Shown here piece by piece: positions 59,494 through 60,452 of a stretch of DNA of 60,452 nucleotides. A model generated the notes under the pieces. That model saw only the letters and a program-made list of their open reading frames with translations. It did not search any database and was not told the origin of the DNA. The position numbers and the translations under genes are program-made. This stretch comes from an uncultured Mycoplasmatota bacterium (GTDB lineage Bacteria; Bacillota_I; Bacilli_A; RF39; UBA660), in assembly GCA_946498375.1 (NCBI GenBank), contig CAMMOI010000002.1:1-60452 (forward strand), in the 5' to 3' direction. The number at the start of each line of letters is the position of its first letter. Within the stretch, counting starts at the first letter, position 1.

Positions 59494-59708
59494 GCTTCCT
59501 TTACATCTTTAATTCCATCAATATTATCTTGTAACATACTTAACACAACAGATTTTATAGTATCATTACGATAAGCACAGCCACTACAAGCACCATACAA
59601 TTTTACATAGACAATTCCATCTTCAAATTTTTCAAAATCAATATCGCCACCATCACTATTTAAGTATGGCTTTATTTCATTAATTATTGCTTTAATATTA
59701 TCTTCCAT
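59490..59708 (-). CDS. NifU C-terminal domain (Nfu-like) Fe-S scaffold/carrier protein
   Basis: IKPYLNSDGGDIDF ... GACSGCAYRNDTIK contains the CxxC motif. Confidence 0.8.
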   Translation of the reverse strand: MEDNIKAIINEIKPYLNSDGGDIDFEKFEDGIVYVKLYGACSGCAYRNDTIKSVVLSMLQDNIDGIKDVKEA

Positions 59709-59794
59709 TTTTTCTCACCCTTAAATATTATACAAAAATAAAAACTTTATGTCTATTAAATAAAATGTTATAATTTAAATGGTGGTTAACAATT

Positions 59795-60130
59795 ATGAAA
59801 TATAAGATAGGTGATATAATAAAATGCCGGGTTACAGGAATTGAAAATTATGGTTTTTTTGTTGAGGTTGATAAAAATTATAAAGGATTGGTTCATATTT
59901 CAGAAATATCAAATTCTTTTGTTAGAAAAATAGAAGATTACGTTTCTTTAAATGAACAAATAAATGCTAAAATAATAGATATTAATTATAAAACTCATCA
60001 ATTAAAATTATCTATAAAAAACATAAATTATAATAATGATTCAAATTTTTCTGATTCAACTGGCTTTACATCTTTAAAAAATAATTTAAATATTTGGATT
60101 AGAGAAACCTTAGAAAAGAATAAAAAGTGA
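59795..60130 (+). CDS. S1 RNA-binding domain protein
   Basis: GDIIKCRVTGIENYGFFVEVDKNYKGLVHISEIS ... LKLSIK. Confidence 0.8.
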   Translation: MKYKIGDIIKCRVTGIENYGFFVEVDKNYKGLVHISEISNSFVRKIEDYVSLNEQINAKIIDINYKTHQLKLSIKNINYNNDSNFSDSTGFTSLKNNLNIWIRETLEKNKK

Positions 60131-60150
60131 AATGATTCAGCATTTCACTC

Positions 60151-60189
60151 AGACTGTTGACAAAGTAAAAAATGAGTCAACAGTCTTTT
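60151..60189 (+). terminator. rho-independent terminator
   Basis: 11-bp stem AGACTGTTGAC / GTCAACAGTCT followed by TTTT. Confidence 0.6.
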
Positions 60190-60325
60190 AATTATGAAAA
60201 AAATATATTATAATGAATATGTAAGGTTGCTTTATTATTTCCAAATTAAAAGCTTACTAACCTTACTTTTTTAATATATTTTTGATATAATTATATCGGA
60301 AATAATAAGGAAAGTAAGTGATAGT

Positions 60326-60452
60326 ATGTTAACAAAAAGACCTCAAAAACAATATATAAGTGAAATAGTAAATTTAGAAGATATGGTACCACAAAACCAT
60401 TTCTTAAGAGTAATAGAAAAATATTTTGATTGGAACTTTATATATGAAGAAG
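60326..60452 (+). mobile_element. 5' end of an IS1182/IS5-like transposase gene (truncated by the window edge)
   Basis: MLTKRPQKQYISEIVNLEDMVPQNHFLRVIEKYFDWNFIYE matches the L.D.VP..H.LR.I...D..FI N-terminal (DUF772-type) pattern of these transposases. Confidence 0.65.

Noticed and set aside
1-60452. CRISPR arrays, rRNA genes, and prophage or defence-system gene sets.
   Set aside because: Scanning by eye found no regularly spaced direct repeats, no rRNA-like GC-rich blocks, and no recognisable integrase, terminase, capsid, restriction or Cas motifs.

Overview
Very AT-rich chromosome segment of the low-GC Gram-positive type. It uses the standard genetic code: TGA terminates leuS at 53009-53011 and the S1-domain gene at 60128-60130. 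Composition and gene content suggest an Erysipelotrichia- or Mollicutes-related Bacillota lineage, but that cannot be proven from this window.

Housekeeping genes recognised by motif:
- pyruvate:ferredoxin oxidoreductase, recG, scpA and scpB
- a NitT/TauT-type ABC importer
- leuS behind a Leu T-box, and uppS
- phosphoketolase, a GH31 glycosidase, an Nfu-like protein and an S1-domain protein
- tRNA-Leu(CAA), tRNA-Glu(CTC) and tRNA-Gln(CTG)

Envelope genes are an OmpR/HisKA two-component pair, a FemAB-family transferase, a class-A beta-lactamase-like hydrolase and a VanY/M15B peptidase. The first ~12.6 kb and 38.6-41.4 kb are mostly hypothetical or accessory genes. An IS1182/IS5-like transposase gene starts at the right edge.

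The main finding is a dispersed family of six genes (18.3-24.3 kb, 30.6-33.5 kb, 40.8-41.4 kb). All share a SipW-type signal peptide ending in G-[AT]-[TY]-[FY]-A-Y-F-T-A plus a TasA/camelysin-like module.
- There are two small-subunit types, each present twice. One copy is inactivated by two nonsense mutations.
- Two larger members fuse the module to C-terminal domains, one of them glycine-rich.
- An archaeal/ER-type signal peptidase (SipW-like) lies in the family.
- A GT2 polyprenyl-phosphate glycosyltransferase and a YfhO (GT-C) protein bracket two of the subunit genes.

I interpret this as a SipW-dependent, possibly glycosylated, TasA-like fibre system. This is an inference.

The second strong observation is a complete Nudix domain with a canonical Nudix box inserted inside LeuRS. 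Other notable items:
- a tandem pair of minimal protein-kinase-like paralogs behind a consensus promoter and a leader terminator
- a sigma-70-like protein carrying six tandem HTH-like repeats
- an inverted copy of the tRNA-Leu 3' end and terminator about 40 kb away

All functional calls rest on motif reading by eye. No database search was possible.
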